A DNA stretch of 63,996 nucleotides from Phoronis australis (taxonomy: Eukaryota; Animalia; Phoronida). Within the stretch, counting starts at the first letter, position 1; each line of letters starts with the position of its first letter. Positions 12,101 to 24,400 of this stretch are shown in pieces. Location of the stretch: assembly GCA_002633005.1 (NCBI GenBank), contig NMRA01000078.1, forward strand, positions 186,005 to 250,000. The letters run 5' to 3'. The position numbers were made by a program, and so were the translations under genes. The notes below the pieces were generated by a model. That model was not told the origin of the DNA. It ran no database searches and worked only from the letters and a program-made list of their open reading frames with translations.

Positions 12101-14376
12101 TTTTTGTTTTCTCAAACTGCAGGAAATCTTGCGTATCCATTATGTATAATCAACAAGTCACACCAAGCTTAAAAAAAATATTTCAAAGCGGCCGTGATAA
12201 CTAAGCCAGGTCAAAATCAAATAAATTGTCCGACCTTAGTACAAACCTGTTCTCCAATAAAGTGTAATAATTGCTTTTTGTCGCACGACTTGAAAGTATC
12301 TATAGTGTTTGTGTTATACAGCAACCCTTGACTTGGGAAATGGCGACTGGGAGTTTTGTAACCTCTGCAATAACAGATAAGGAAACAAGACATGTTAAAT
12401 CAATCCATCAGTAAAATCTTACACAACAAAGAGGTTAGGTCAAATTTTATCGTCCAATCTTTTTTTCTAAGCTTTGGCATTTTTAAGTTTTGTACGATAG
12501 CTACCCTCATTAGCAGAGGATCTATGATTTTATCTATGGAGCAGTTTACTCAAATGCATCATTTTGTTGTGGTAGTGTCATTTTTTTGTCTTCTCAGAAA
12601 AGTTCAAGTTTTCCTGGTAAACCACCCAGTGCAATTATAGTTTAATGGGCTATTATATTTTAAAGACATTGAAACTAAAAAGGTGCCAAAGCAACAAAGA
12701 TACTTAATTAACAGTTTCATCAGGAAACCTTGTGACTTGTTCACAATCACACCACCAGATGGCATGCCAGCATCATACGTGAGTTGAAACGGTTCCCTGC
12801 ATTGCTGTTATGATTGGGTCAACATAGAAGTGGCAAAAAATAGCAAATGCATCCCTATTTATGACATCACTAGTTTTCGTATTTTTTAAAATTTTTGTCC
12901 ACCCCCAGCACACCACATGCAGCTGCACATTGTCGAGGAAGTTTCTGATGAAGCTATCAAGCCATATTTATTTCTATTGCTTTGGTTGTGTCATTAAAAG
13001 TTTTATTAAATGAACTCTACGGGTAAACAGAACAACTTTTTCTTTTAACTAAGTGTAAAACAAGACAAAAGTAATCAGACAAAATACTGTTTCACCATCA
13101 TTAACAGAAAACTTAACTGATAATAGCTATTAAGGGGCAAAATTATAATTATAGAATGGCATAGCCCACTAATTTCCCTCTCAATTCCCATCATTCTGAA
13201 TCACAAGGGAAAACCACTCTGACAGTGAATTCTGGGTAATTTTGCCTGAACAATTTTGGCGTGCACTCACTTATGTCGCACGTTACCATGGCAATTTAGG
13301 TACTTACGAATCAAATGCGTTGTATTCCACTGTTAATCTGCATGGCAAGCCAGGGGGATCGCCTGCAACAACAAGTTAATGTATTATCGACCACCTGGAA
13401 AACTTTCCGTTAGTTTTCATCTTGCAGTATCTGGCCTCTTCAGAGCTCACTCATATAACACCTGCAAATCTGATAACTTGTTTAAAATGAGTATCCTAAA
13501 GCAGTGTTCGCCCTACTCTTCCAAAAACTGGGATCCAGTGGACCCACAATCCAATAGTTTTGAGGTCCATGACACTTGGTCTAGAAATCATTAAAAACAC
13601 TCTCGCAAAGTACGAGACAAGCTTTATTTTTCATAATGTTTGTCTGTCTCGATGCCATTTGCGTGACGTTGCTATTGAGTCTACCCCTTATCGGAACAAG
13701 TGCAACTGGATATTCTGACCTACATCATGATGACCTACTTACGGAGCAACGATGTTATGCCTTTGGCTCTGGTGCTGTTATGAACGAAAGGTAGGGTGTG
13801 GTAATCGAAGAAAAGAACCAATAATGACTTTCATTTGTTTTTAGTTTTATTTAGCGATTGAACAAAAAGTTGCGTCCAAGGTGACCCAGTCCTTAAGTCA
13901 ATTTGCCCCATCTACAGTTTGCTTTTGTCAAATGACACAAAAACTCAGCTTCGGGCGAACACTGTTAAAGTGCTATTCAACAGTTTGCTATATTACATAT
14001 CAACCTGATATATTGCAATAAATTCGCATACACAACTCAATTGAAATAGATATACATTCATGAAGTTGAGCCTGAGTACAATATTACAACTGAAAACAGG
14101 GCAGCATATATGATTGTTCAATTGGTGTACAAATAAAGTAAAAATATTTACTAGTTAATTATGCCAACTTTGAAATTAGAATTTACATCTTCTGTAAAGA
14201 GAAATTGGCTATAAAGGCAACAATTTTGATTCCCTACCATTGAAGTAGAATCCTGATACAGGTTTGTAGCCCTCATCCAAGCCAAACTCATCCAATTTCT
14301 TCTGTGTGAGAGTGTGCCAGAACCCGGCACTTAGTGCGCTACAGAAGGGAGCAAACTGGAGTGAAGTGCCTTCCAT
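159..14376 (-). CDS. ATG7: Ubiquitin-like modifier-activating enzyme ATG7 (autophagy E1-like enzyme); 17 coding exons in window, final exon lies beyond position 1
   Basis: Phase-consistent GT-AG exons: 14376-14238, 13362-13308, 12364-12247, 11517-11440, 10372-10256, 9564-9430, 8331-8243, 7937-7813, 7330-7240, 6882-6738, 5701-5543, 4716-4665, 4254-4118, 3191-3027, 2705-2590, 2325-2160, 278-159 (2007 nt, 669 codons). ATG7 motifs: [54 protein letters not shown] (ATP binding), [33 protein letters not shown], catalytic [26 protein letters not shown]. Confidence 0.98.
2415..2610 (-). repeat. Degenerate repeat of the ATG7 catalytic exon 3' end and donor
   Basis: About 4 diverged intronic copies of (cctacc)atcaggatgctgtagtaca near 2415, 2438, 2497 and 2545. 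Confidence 0.75.
3666..3806 (+). repeat. 23-bp perfect tandem repeat, 6 copies, each with a CCAAT box
   Basis: AGCCAATCAGCACTAGACAAATC starts at 3666, 3689, 3712, 3735, 3758, 3781. Confidence 0.95.
5735..6122. mobile_element. MITE with about 15-17 bp TIRs and an internal tandem repeat
   Basis: GTCCATTTCATGAAA (5737-5751) and TTTCATGAAATGGAC (6106-6120). About 3 internal copies of aattatct...agtaactatcagttatgtgaa. Confidence 0.7.
6499..6730 (+). mobile_element. Old interspersed repeat family (about 260 bp), copy A
   Basis: Shares ttctcag.cagga..ataaaccct, gttcacaaagaact, aatttcaaaa and acaccc.tgatttac blocks with copies at 33564, 36687 and 50848. Confidence 0.65.
7626..7845 (-). repeat. Degenerate, about 41-bp repeat spanning the ATG7 exon end and donor at 7812
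   Basis: catg(t/c)(g/a)aaca(g/c) at 7712, 7752, 7794 and 7835 (exonic), with tcttac-like donor copies at 7725, 7765 and 7807. A further copy at 7626-7657. Confidence 0.65.
10836..11041. repeat. About 51-bp minisatellite, 4 copies (ATG7 intron)
   Basis: Units of ttgaccgtcactaaatttgcacttgtctccattttgaacgacaaagaatgg; explains the repetitive ORF 10650-11102. Confidence 0.9.
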
Positions 14377-14619
14377 CAAACAACTGAGCCTGTAAACAAA
14401 TACCGAGTCACAAATCAGAGCTTGTAAAGGTGTCAATGTGTAGCACTAATGATGAATTATTAAATTACTATTTCGCCAAGTATGTTTCTCTTCCATCAAG
14501 TTTGTTTGTTTTGTTTGTTCGCACGATACAGGTAGCAATTTTCGTCCGATCATCACGAAATTTATACATAACATGTAGTTTAGGAAGTACTGGAAGCCTA
14601 TTGTTTTTCATCGTAATCG

Positions 14620-15100
14620 GATCCAAGATGGCGGATGTGGCGGCCATTTAATTTTCATTTTAACATTCAAATGCTTCTAGAGGCTACTTTTTTACGTACA
14701 GGGCTGAAAATCAACACAATTATTGGATCGGACGTGCTCTGCAAGTATGCCGGAAATTGTTCACTTCCGTTAAAGATGGCAGAAATATCGGTACTCGTGC
14801 ATGCGCACCTCGATTTCGGGAAAAAAACATTTTCTCCTGTAGAGGGTGCTTCGACATTTTTCAGGTATTAGTTTCATATGACATGCAATTATTCAAAACT
14901 AAAAACCGAAAGTTGCTTTCAAGATGGCGGATCTTGCGCATGTTGACCCTCGATTTCGGAAAAAAAAAATTTTCTCCTGTAGAGGGCGCATTATATCGCT
15001 TCGGCATTTTTCAGGTATTAGTTTCTTATGACATGCTATTATTCAGAGCTAAAAAACCTTTCAAGATGGCGGATCTGGCGCATGTTGACCCATTTTTAGT
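14620..15100. repeat. Internally repetitive element with an about 140-150 bp unit and repeated AAGATGGCGG motifs
   Basis: Duplicated ctcgatttcgg...tttctcctgtagaggg...catttttcaggtattagtttc.tatgacatgc; AAGATGGC(G/A)G occurs 4 times. Confidence 0.7.
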
Positions 15101-16923
15101 CTTGCTGGAGTGCCATTTTAAACGGGAAGTGAGAATGACGTGAATTTTTGCATGTGGATTTTTTGAGGTATACCCTTTCAAATGAATTGTAACAGTTTTT
15201 TTCTTAGACTTACCGTTTTCGAGTTATTTGACTTTGAATTTCGAAATATTTACGGTATTGTATGATACTATCAATTTAGATAAAGTTTTGAACGGGCTTT
15301 CAAAAGATGTTTTCCATTTTTCGCTTGGACGTCTACTTTTCGAATTATTCGAGATTTTATAATAGCGCTGTTCCCTTTTTGAGTGCTCTTACTGCATAGA
15401 AGTTGGTTTAGTTTCTTTTGAACAAGACTGTAGCTTATTTCTTACTAATTTATGACATCTAAGTTCGTCGTATGAATGTTATGATGTTGTTCATCATTGC
15501 CACCACCATCATCATATTTGTCATTTTCGTCATCATCTCGTCGTCGTCTTCTCAGTTCGCAAAATATCGCTCAAGACTGTAGCTTATTTCTTACTGATAT
15601 CTGATAGCTGCATTTGTCATATGAATGTTATCATTACTTGTATTGTTCATCATCGCCACCATCGTCGACATATCCATCATCTTCGTCATCATCTCTATCG
15701 TCGTCTTATCTGTTAATTTCCCCAAGTTTCGCTCCTCGGAGCGCTTTCATTTTTGTTTGTTAATTACTGGCATTAATAAGTTGTTACTTCTAAATTATCT
15801 TACAAATAGAATTTTATTTATTTCATGTGCCCGTATTTCATTTACAATCATATGAATTTTAGTACATAAGTTTTGTACTTTGTACAAGAAATGCTCAATA
15901 AATCAAGCCTAATAAATTTGCATTCAGCTGACTTTCAAACTAGCAAGATGCCTATATATGAAACTTTGCTTGAAGACAAAGACATAATAACCTGATACAA
16001 TCACAATTCATTTTTAGGAAAAATCCACATTGCTCATGAGTCTTCAACTGCACATAAGTCACGACACAGCATTTAAAACTCTGCATCGATTTTTCATATT
16101 TTTGTACTAGTGAGCCAATGGCAAGTTGAGTGAAGCATGCATAGTTAAAATGTAGTGTAGTGGTATAAAACCTCTCCAAATATCTCCCTAACAGACAGGT
16201 GGCTACTGGATGATTGGTTTGGATGTTCGTCTCTCATGCTGGCAGACTGCATTCAGCACTAGCCAATGGTACTGCATTCAGCACTAGCCAATGGTACAGC
16301 TAAGTGAATTTTTCTAATGCAGTGCCAACGAAGGTGAGATTCATGACCTGGAGATGTACAAACAAGACTCAAGAGGCGGATAGCAGCTATGCTCCCCCTC
16401 GTACCTATAATGCAGAACCCCTGCCGCGGGAGGAGTGTTGTGAAGTTCCGGCTCCAAGTGTGAAGTGCAGTCGAATAAAGGCCTCTCTAAATTGCTCTCT
16501 GGCAGCAGTTGAGGGTTGAGCTCAACACACAGTGGTACCTAACTTCATACAGCTAGCTGGCTGGCTACTTAACGGAGAATGCCACCAAAAACCAACGCAT
16601 TTTGTATCAATTTAGATAGAGTAGATTCACTCGATAACAACTTCAGTTCCTTAACCCGATACCAGGTGGCAAACGGAGGTGCTGAAATTAACCAATGACG
16701 TCCCAGGTAATAACACAGTTGGCTCAACAGTTCACAAGATGCTTACTGGTGTCAGCTTACCGCTTGAATTCATCGTTTTACACCAATAAATCATCAAAAT
16801 TCGATGTAAAACCCTTACAAATAGATTGAGTTTTTGAACAAATGAGTCATTCTATTTCACTGTTACGGATTTATAGAAATTTTGAATGTACCGTAGCCTA
16901 CCAAGTTCGGTAGGCCAACTTAC

Positions 16924-17213
16924 CGAGGTCGGTCGCTGGAATTTTGGAGTCTGTTCGGTGATAAATTAGAATTATTCTTCCGTGAAATAGACAGGAGAGA
17001 ATAGCCGTGTGTTGTAATTTTAGACTTGCGATTTTTTCCTGTTCTAAACACAAAACGCTTGTTATAACCCAGTAGCTCGGACCCCGTTCGGGCCTCTTGC
17101 GGCTGGACTGGAGACATTACGAACGTAAACCAGTCGGGTTAGTCAGCAGCAAAAGTTGAAAACTAAACTTCCAGTCACTAAAAGACTAGACAAGTGAACC
17201 AAAGAAAGTGAAT
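16924..17213. promoter_or_regulatory. Putative bidirectional promoter with divergent non-coding first exons for ATG7 and the GEX1-like gene
   Basis: Minus-strand donor GTAAGT at 16923 and plus-strand donor GTGAGT at 17214 point away from each other across a relatively CpG-rich patch. Both start codons are preceded by acceptors (14390, 18460), implying upstream non-coding exons. Confidence 0.45.
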
Positions 17214-17597
17214 GTGAGTTTACTGTGAAATTGCAAATCTACTTATTGGGTGGGGGCCGCGAAGCCAAGTTCCCCTTCCACAGAACTGCACAGGGAAATT
17301 GTGTACAATAACAATGATTTCAATAATAAAGATTGCTCTACCATCTGACCATAGCATATGAAATTGCGTATTAGTTTCACAACAGCTCTTTGTCAGCAAA
17401 CACTAAATTAGCATGCGCTCACACGGCGTTCAATTAGCTTTATTGCATCTGAAGCCGGTAATGCAGTATGATTTATTCATTGTTGATTTTTCAAAACATT
17501 TGCACTCATGAACAATCCTAAGGCATTACAAATTGTATCTACTGAGATAGACTTAGACAGTTTGTTTCAGTTTTATATTGATTAGGGTGACAACAAT

Positions 17598-17840
17598 TCA
17601 TTTTGAAACAGAACAATGCCGGCCACAGACACGGAGATATTTCACGGCCTCATACTTGGTATCAATGACGTACTTTTCGTTCTTTACTGCCAGGAACCAT
17701 TTCTGAAGCATTTTGGGTTCTCGAGGAAATGGAAAAAATGGTATACCCGCTTTCCTCGTAGCTTCATGGTTCGCATAAGCAAGAACGATACGCCACAGCA
17801 TAGCCATAGGCCAGGGGCACACACTCAGCTGAAGAACCAT
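17598..17840 (-). pseudogene. Degenerate THAP zinc-finger domain (probable DNA-transposon remnant)
   Basis: Retains the THAP signature GIPFFPFP..P...KW..AVK...TK...VCGRH. The invariant F after H is C (TGT, one change from TTT). The N-terminal CxxxC appears only after removing 2 nt (CLAYG-TAT, one change from Cys). Stop codon follows shortly. Confidence 0.6.
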
Positions 17841-18477
17841 GACATCGTTGCGTCGTGTATCCTCACAGCCAGGTTAATGTGACACCTTTCGGCGAGGTGA
17901 GATCGACTGTATACAAGGTGATGTGAATATAGAGGGATTAAGATGGTAACAAAAAACTAATAAAATCGGGTGGCATTCTCCTTCATTATCAAAAAGCCAA
18001 AAAAATGCAAAATGACTTTACTTTAGTTTATTGTGGATAGCCGGTTTCTCTTCATGATTTCGTCTAAGGGTAGTAAGGCTAGCCAGCCAGCTAGCTGTAC
18101 CATTGTATGAGGACTGTAGCTGGCTGGCTGGTCTAAGGCCTATACGGCAAAAAAATAGTAGCTTATTTTGTTTTCTTTGTCACCTCTGGTGAAACTATTT
18201 AATGAATCTGCATACTCAACAAAAGTGAAACTACAAGTGGCGGTAAACACTCACAAAACTCTTCACCTTGTCTATCTTGTCTTTCCTTGAACAGGTTGAC
18301 AATTTTGACCTAATTTTGCACTTCCTACTTTAAGGACTTTATGACATTGAGCCAATTTCATTGGACAACAAGCCGGAAGTCAAGTTATGAGCAAGAAAAG
18401 GCGCTTGCATTAAACAACAAACTTTGGCAACTACAACTGCCGGGAACCCCACAGTTTCAGCGTGGAATGTACTGAAT

Positions 18478-21400
18478 ATGGTTTTGTTAAAGATCCAGCC
18501 TGTGGAGACGCTAACTGTAGTAGTTTTGGTTGCGATCTGTTCTTCAGGGGGTGCAAATTTTGAGAAAGATGTGAAAGACACGGAGAGGTTCAATCTTGGA
18601 AAAGAACAATATGCAATAATGCAGAGAGACGCATCAGCGCCCAAATATGGTCAATGTTGGAAGGGGGCGCTGGTGAAGCTAGATGAAGGGTGTAAGCAGT
18701 TAACAGATCATGTCCAACACAAACTGGCCTTGAGATTTACATCTTGTTATATGGAAAAATTGGGTCGTCGTGGATACCCATGTGATGACCACGAAGACAT
18801 TTCTGAATGTACCCGAGACATGGATGACGCTGGCTTTCAAGCCATGACGACGTTCTTCACACATACTCAGAATATGTGTTTCTTTTTGCAGAGTCAAGTG
18901 TGGCAGGAAAATACAGAGCGCACTGTGTCGCGACTTGCAGAAACCTCAGACAATGTGGTCCAGAAACTGGACGAATCATCAGAACTCCAAGATAAGCTTC
19001 TTGGCCAACAAAATACTTCTTTAAAAAATCAGCAAGAAATGCTTGAGAAAAGCCAGTCTTTGGCTACTCATATTGAATCATCATCAAGCAATATTCAAAG
19101 TTTAATGAAAGAATTTAAAGACTCCACTAATGAGCAACGAATGATGATAGCTGAGGTCTTTGATCGTGTGGCAAAATTACAGAGCATTGTGATTGGAGAA
19201 TTCACAGGATTTTACTCGTTCTTATTCTACACACTGTCCATAGCAGTGTGCTATTTGTTGACTTCAACTGTCAGGACCAGCGGCGCTCGCTTTTACTTAT
19301 TTTCTGTGATGACAGTTGATGTGTTCATTGAGCGAGCCATCATCTCATTCTATAACACAGAGGGCACTGGCTATCATGAAGGGCTGGAGAATGACCCTGA
19401 TGTAAGACTGCTGGAAACTTTAGGGTTTTTTTTGTGAGGAATCTATTTAATTTCTGAAAATTAATGTAGAAACAGATAAAAACGTATATTAAAAAACGCT
19501 GGCTTTCGAGCCTTAATGATTGGTTCTTCATCAGGTGTTTAGGCAAGTGACGAAGAGCCACACTAATTGAGGCTATAAAGCTAGACCTTTTTGATACATA
19601 TTTTTACTGGATTTCAAAGGGTTTTTACCTGTTTTTACATTGTTAAATTTTGTCTAATCTCAGCATTACATTTTAACTGAAAAATATTGAACCACTTCAA
19701 AGTTCAAAATTACTAAAATTACTCAAATTATGTATTTTGTAACAACAGACAGGTGTTTATGCCCATGAGTTAATAATTTACATGTACTGTGTATAACACA
19801 TTGAACTAAATTTTATCAAAAACTTGAAAGCAGGGGAATAGGGTGAGAGTAAATCATGTCCCACCTCACTTCGCTATTATAACCAAAAATTCGTTTTACT
19901 AAATATTGTTGTCAATAGAAGTGTTGTGAATTAACACTTCATGAATCAGAAAAAAAATCATTTTGTTACTGAACTTTCAAAGTTTAGAAGCATGGATGGT
20001 TATAGTCAACCCGCTCTGCATAGTGTCATTATAGTGGTGACTTATTCTAGCAAGTGATGTTTTGTATGCAAGTTTATTACTCTCTAATAGTTTTGGCTCA
20101 TGTAGCAAATAGCAGTCAAGTCTTGAATTCAATTCTTCTCTGTTAGAGAGGTCAAATAGCGACTTTAATAAAAGTAAATTCATGAACACCCAATGAGCCG
20201 AGATAGGAAAACAATAAAGAGCTATGTATCACAACTCTGTAACTTATCAAATGTTTATTGTCAACATTGCACAGTAAAATTTTATTTTGGCATTAGAATG
20301 GTGAATACCAAACTTGTTTTTGATGTAAAATGGTAGATTTTTTGGTATACTGCGTCAGAGTAGGATTGTGGTCTATGTCACAAACTTAGATTACTGAGGG
20401 ATTCTAATGCTTTCATAGTGCAATTACTCTGAAGTCATTTCTCGTTCCAGTCGCTCCTGTATTCCCGTCTGTGGCTCTGCCGGAAGGTGTTCTCCTGTCT
20501 TGGAGTTATTATTCTCGTGGTTTGCGCAGTACGATTCAAGGACTACAACAAGATTAACAACTCGTTGTTAATAGAAATACAAAAACAGAACAGTGAACTA
20601 AAGAAGCTGCTGAGCCCTCAAAGAGCAGGTAGAGTCACTGGAAATGTGATTCTTCTCTTATTTTGTACAAAAATTGCTAAAATTACCATTTTTTGAGTTT
20701 TCAAAGGATGACTACTTTAATGAAACTAGTTGAAATTCCACAAAATGTATTACGGTATCCGTACAATATAAAACATGCCAAGATTGAAACAGAATTTTCT
20801 CTTTTTGTTCCGAAAGCGACAATTTAAGATTCCACTAGTATGCCATATTGTGTGGCGATGTAACTGAGGATTTACCACAAGTTTTTAAAAATTTTTCTTA
20901 CTGTACGCGCAAAATAGTCATGCAAATATGTCAAGAGTCATGACGGAGAAACATTGCTTCTTTGTCATGATTCTTGGTTAAGTAAACCCTTTAAATGGCT
21001 GACAATGACTGGCGATGGTGACAGTCAGGTTATGTTAATGCTTGCACTTGGAGAATTCTGAATAATAGAGCAGTCTCGGATTACCCGGTGATACAACTCT
21101 TCTTTGTCCCGGAGATAAGAAAGTGTGTTCTCGTTTTGGAAGTCTGGCATATTTTCATATCTCTCATTGATGTCGTGAAGGCGAAGAATTTCACATCACG
21201 CATCCACGAGTATTTGTCCAGTTTATTAAACTCTCTCACATCAGAGTAATACTTTATCTAATAGCATTGCAAGGCAAATGGGCTAATGGAACCGAGAAAA
21301 ACTTGTAAAGAATCAGAGGACAACAAATAATGTGAAACAACAATAGCATGAAATAAGGCGCAGAAAATGTGCCTGACAGATGTTTACATGTCAGTGTTTA

Positions 21401-24400
21401 ATCCGGGACGGCCCTATTCCCCCAGTCATTCTCGATCATGACAGATGGTTTGTATGGTGAGGAATTTCACTTTTTGAAGCTGTCATGGTGGAAACTTGAG
21501 GGTCATTTTGTTCAAAAGTCCTAGAGCGTACAGACGACACGTAGTTGCCCGCAGCTGAAAATGAAATAAATATACAATAAAGCCAGCGAACTTAGCAAAT
21601 GCGTACTGGTGCACCCAAGATTGCGCAGAAGAGTTTTCAGTCAATTGGAAAATTAGGAGTGCTTGATAACAACCTCGTTACCCCTCTCGTATCTTCATCA
21701 AATGTGGCGGTTGGCTGTGCTGAACTGTCATAGTGAATCATGTGCGGCCAGTTATCACAGTCAGATAAGCTCAATTCTACGTTTTAGAGGAACAAAGTAT
21801 GCTATAAAGAAAAGAAATGGTGGTATGCTTAAGTGTTAGATTGTAACCAAAACACTTGTTTTTAAGTTTTGGAGTAACTACTTTGAACAATGTATAATAA
21901 TATATATTTCAGAGAATGGGGGTGATTTCATTGACAGTAGCCAGGTGGCAGCACTTACTAGTGGAGCAGCAGATGTGGACTTGAGGCTTGAGTCAAATAA
22001 AGGTAATTTAGCATCAATAATCTTGGCATATAACGGAAGGAACTTTGTTTAGTAGGAAGTAAATAGTAAGTTGTCTACAAAATGGAAAGTTGTAATATTT
22101 TTATTAGTAAATGATAACCAGAGGCAAATTTTGAAAAGCATCAAGGGAGTCTGAAAGGCCAAAGATAAGAATTTGAGCTTTAGGTCAAAGACAAAAGTTT
22201 TGGAGACAAAGGGTCTCGAGAACAATTGTGCATGTTCAGTAATTGATGTGCGCAATAAGAGATGAATATTTTTTTCATCAGTCAGTTACCTTATTCAGTT
22301 GATGATTGTATTCAGCCATTGATTGACATGTTGAGTCATGAGCATGCTCAGTGATTTATGAGCAACCTTAGTGAGNGTATGCGAATAAAAGAACAAGACT
22401 GTCAGCTTGTTCTACTCACCAGAATTTGAAATTGGAAATTTGAAGCACTTTCATGCTCTTAGATGACTAATTAATAATGATTTTTGTTGGATGTTCATTG
22501 CTGACAAGCATGTTAAAACATTAAGATTAATGAGGTTTAGTTCTTCAAATTTGCTCGATCGTCGGGGTTGAATCCCAGTTTGACGAAGAAATGTGGGCTT
22601 GTTTTTAAATTCTACTTGTGTGTTCTCTTGGCAGTATGTCACAACGATGCCGTGTCAAGTAGTAGTAGCAGCAGTAGTGAGAGTGGCCTTGAGAGTGATC
22701 ACACTTATGTGGCAGACGACTCTGGTGATGAATCAGATGACTCAGTGATGACTCACTCTTCAATCAGTTCACGTGACAGTGGTAAGGACACCTTACTATT
22801 AGTATTCAGTGTGACGAGTAATTCACCCGTGAACGCTAAAAACTCTAAATTTTGGGACACTCTCTAAACTTTGAGACAGTCTCTAAACTTTGGGACATTG
22901 AAATTCAAGCCATAGTTGAATTTTCTGGAATCTGAAGATTGGGACGTGGGTGATTTACGTGTTCATCATATTTCTCAAAATTTAATATTGGGACACTGCG
23001 CCTTACATTTGATCGAAAATAGACTTGACAGTTCATAAAACGTTTTCATGCATCTCCATGGTGTGTAAAATCCACATGAATATTATCTGTTCTTGATAGA
23101 CTTTGCATATGGGACAGCCAATACTGTCTTTTGCTAAAATTTTGTACCTGCTCCCACCTTGAGAAAAAAGAATTAATTTTTCACTGTTCCAAACTGTAGA
23201 ATTTTCACGGTAACATCTGACTTTTGCACTCATTTGAAAAAATAAAAGTTGGTAAAGGATTGAACTTGGATGTTATTGTGTCAGCCACTTTGTCGACAGG
23301 TGTTGTGCCATTTTCTGAATATACATCTTGGAATGAATTTCTTGGTGAGTGGTCCCCTGAGTCACAAACTGTTGATGCCGTAACTTGTATTTAACCGTTA
23401 ATTTGATTTTCTTAATGAAAAACTTTAAAGTTTCAGTGGTTCTTGACTTATTTCACTCAAAAATTATAAACTGCAAAAAATTATCATTTTTTCACATTAC
23501 TTGGTCACAGTCATTTGGTCGCATGATGTGGCCAGCAAGTGGCGTGTTTACATTTTCAAAGGCTGATTGTTTAATAACATCTCCACTGTGCAAACCAAGA
23601 TAGTATTAGACCAGAATTGTCTTAGTATGCTTTTGTGGAAAAATGTGCACAGTAAAATTGAGCTTGTTTAGGGCCACCCCTGTTATCTCTTGGTCAACAT
23701 TTAGTCAAACTGATCTCTTCTTTCACATTCTTGTCACTAGCTGGCTAGTGCCCATGGGCAGGAATAAATAATTATGCTCACTGCAACTTTGGATTTTTAC
23801 AAATTGGTCGTGAAAATTGCTACCACTTTGCTGTTTCACACATCATACTCTTTTAAAAGATTTAATGCTCTGTGTTGCAATATGTTTCTTTGACTGTGTT
23901 ATATATTTGGGTTACTTCTCCATTGTAGCCTTTAGAAACTCTCATTCAAGTACTCCTGTGAGAGAGAGGACTCCTGTTGGCTTGAGGAGTGATCATATGA
24001 CACACACGTCGTCTGCTTCTGTTACCATGGTGAGTAACTAATAACTCAAATTGTAGAACCACTTATGGAGAATAGATTATATTTGGATTCTGTATCAAAA
24101 GCTTTTTTGAGACACATTATTTTAGAAGATTGAACAGAAAATGTCTCGTACAGTCATCGTGCACCCGTCTGGTACGTAAATCATTGTGGACTCATCAAGT
24201 ACTGAGTCAAAACCACTTTTGTCTCAAGTTCTCTTTAAAATAGAATTGATAATATCAGAACTTCCTTGAAGTATGAGTTCCGAGACTGGATTTTGTGCTC
24301 CTTTGGCATTTTGTTTGTGTTCAAATTTTATGAGTACACCCAAAATGATTTGGGGTGTGCTCAGAGCCTGAGAACAGAATACACCAACACAATTTTATAA

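Noticed and set aside
14757-15143. 128-aa ORF upstream of ATG7
   Set aside because: Translation of a duplicated non-coding unit; no recognisable domain.
16150-16530. Possible solo LTR (TG start, TATA-like and AATAAA motifs, ACA end)
   Set aside because: No convincing TSD, partner LTR, PBS or PPT.
21003-21430. Possible MITE with AATGACTGG termini (related fragment near 9126-9143)
   Set aside because: Arms are too diverged and no TSD is visible.
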